From assembly GCA_902762655.1 (NCBI GenBank), contig CACWOZ010000002.1:94743-158742 (forward strand): DNA of 64,000 nucleotides, written 5' to 3'. The notes beneath the pieces were generated by a model. It saw only the letters and a list, made by a program, of their open reading frames with translations. It was not told the origin of the DNA and did not search any database. The translations under genes were made by a program, and so were the position numbers. Positions 63,626 to 64,000 of the stretch are shown here, piece by piece (within the stretch, counting starts at the first letter, position 1; each line of letters opens with the position of its first letter). The DNA is from an uncultured Bacteroidia bacterium (lineage in GTDB: Bacteria; Bacteroidota; Bacteroidia; Bacteroidales; UBA932).

Positions 63626-64000
63626 ATGGACCAACCGAAATTCGAAAGAATGTTGCGGCTGATGCGTTTGCTCAGCGGCAATGTGACTTACAGCATTGAC
63701 GAACTTGCTGACAAACTCGAGATGTCCGAGCGGACAATCTACCGCTACATCGACACTTTCAAGGCTGCTGGATTCGCTGTCGAGAAACTCTACGGCAACA
63801 TTTATCGCCTTACCAGTCTCAATGACGATACCCTGGACCTCAGCAAACTGGTCTATTTTTCGGAAGAGGAGGCTGCGATAGTGAATAATATGATCGATGG
63901 TCTGGACAACACGAACGCTTTGAAAATCGGCCTCAAGCGTAAACTTGCTGCCGTATATGACAGCACATCGATATCTTCGTACATAGGCAACAGGTCCAAT
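63626..64000 (+). CDS. HTH-WYL (YafY-like) transcriptional regulator, 3'-truncated at the window end, absent from the ORF track
   Basis: Hand translation MDQPKFERMLRLMRLLSGNVTYSIDELADKLEMSERTIYRYIDTFKAAGF...; winged-HTH typical of Bacteroidales WYL regulators. The WYL domain itself lies beyond the window. Confidence 0.8.
   Translation, partial: MDQPKFERMLRLMRLLSGNVTYSIDELADKLEMSERTIYRYIDTFKAAGFAVEKLYGNIYRLTSLNDDTLDLSKLVYFSEEEAAIVNNMIDGLDNTNALKIGLKRKLAAVYDSTSISSYIGNRSN

Noticed and set aside
1-64000. rRNA, tRNA, prophage or conjugative element
   Set aside because: No cloverleaf or rRNA signature and no integrase, relaxase or structural phage genes recognised; ORF6N alone does not indicate a prophage.

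Overview
Bacteroidales-type genomic window (SusC/SusD pairs, TAnnTTTG -7 promoters, many lipoproteins). About 52 kb (1-52438) is a carbohydrate/phosphate-ester foraging region. It holds a 5'-truncated GH106 rhamnosidase fused to a histidine phosphatase, an ECF-sigma/FecR-controlled SusCD locus on the minus strand whose enzymes are only phosphoesterases, and a second SusCD locus with a ComEC/Pce-like metallo-beta-lactamase (MBL) and five modular fimbrillin/beta-helix lipoproteins. It continues with a repeat-rich accessory spot (50-bp repeats, a duplicated promoter block, ORF6N, a broken Rpn), a GH3-GH78-GH99/WbsX-MBL-orphan operon, a GDPD-SGNH fusion, a second GH106, and a G3P-dehydrogenase-like / OPA-family MFS / DeoR / PnuC module. 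The same TTTCA-N4-TGAAA palindrome lies in three separate promoters across this region. This suggests one regulon for glycerophosphate- or phosphodiester-containing, rhamnose-rich glycans such as bacterial wall polymers (inference). The remainder is housekeeping (rpsA, rnz, GH73-LysM, mltG, RelA/SpoT), an SDR-radical SAM-Gfo/Idh/MocA trio, an IS30 element and a 3'-truncated WYL regulator. No rRNA, tRNA, CRISPR array or reverse transcriptase was recognised. All family calls come from motifs read by eye; no database search was run.
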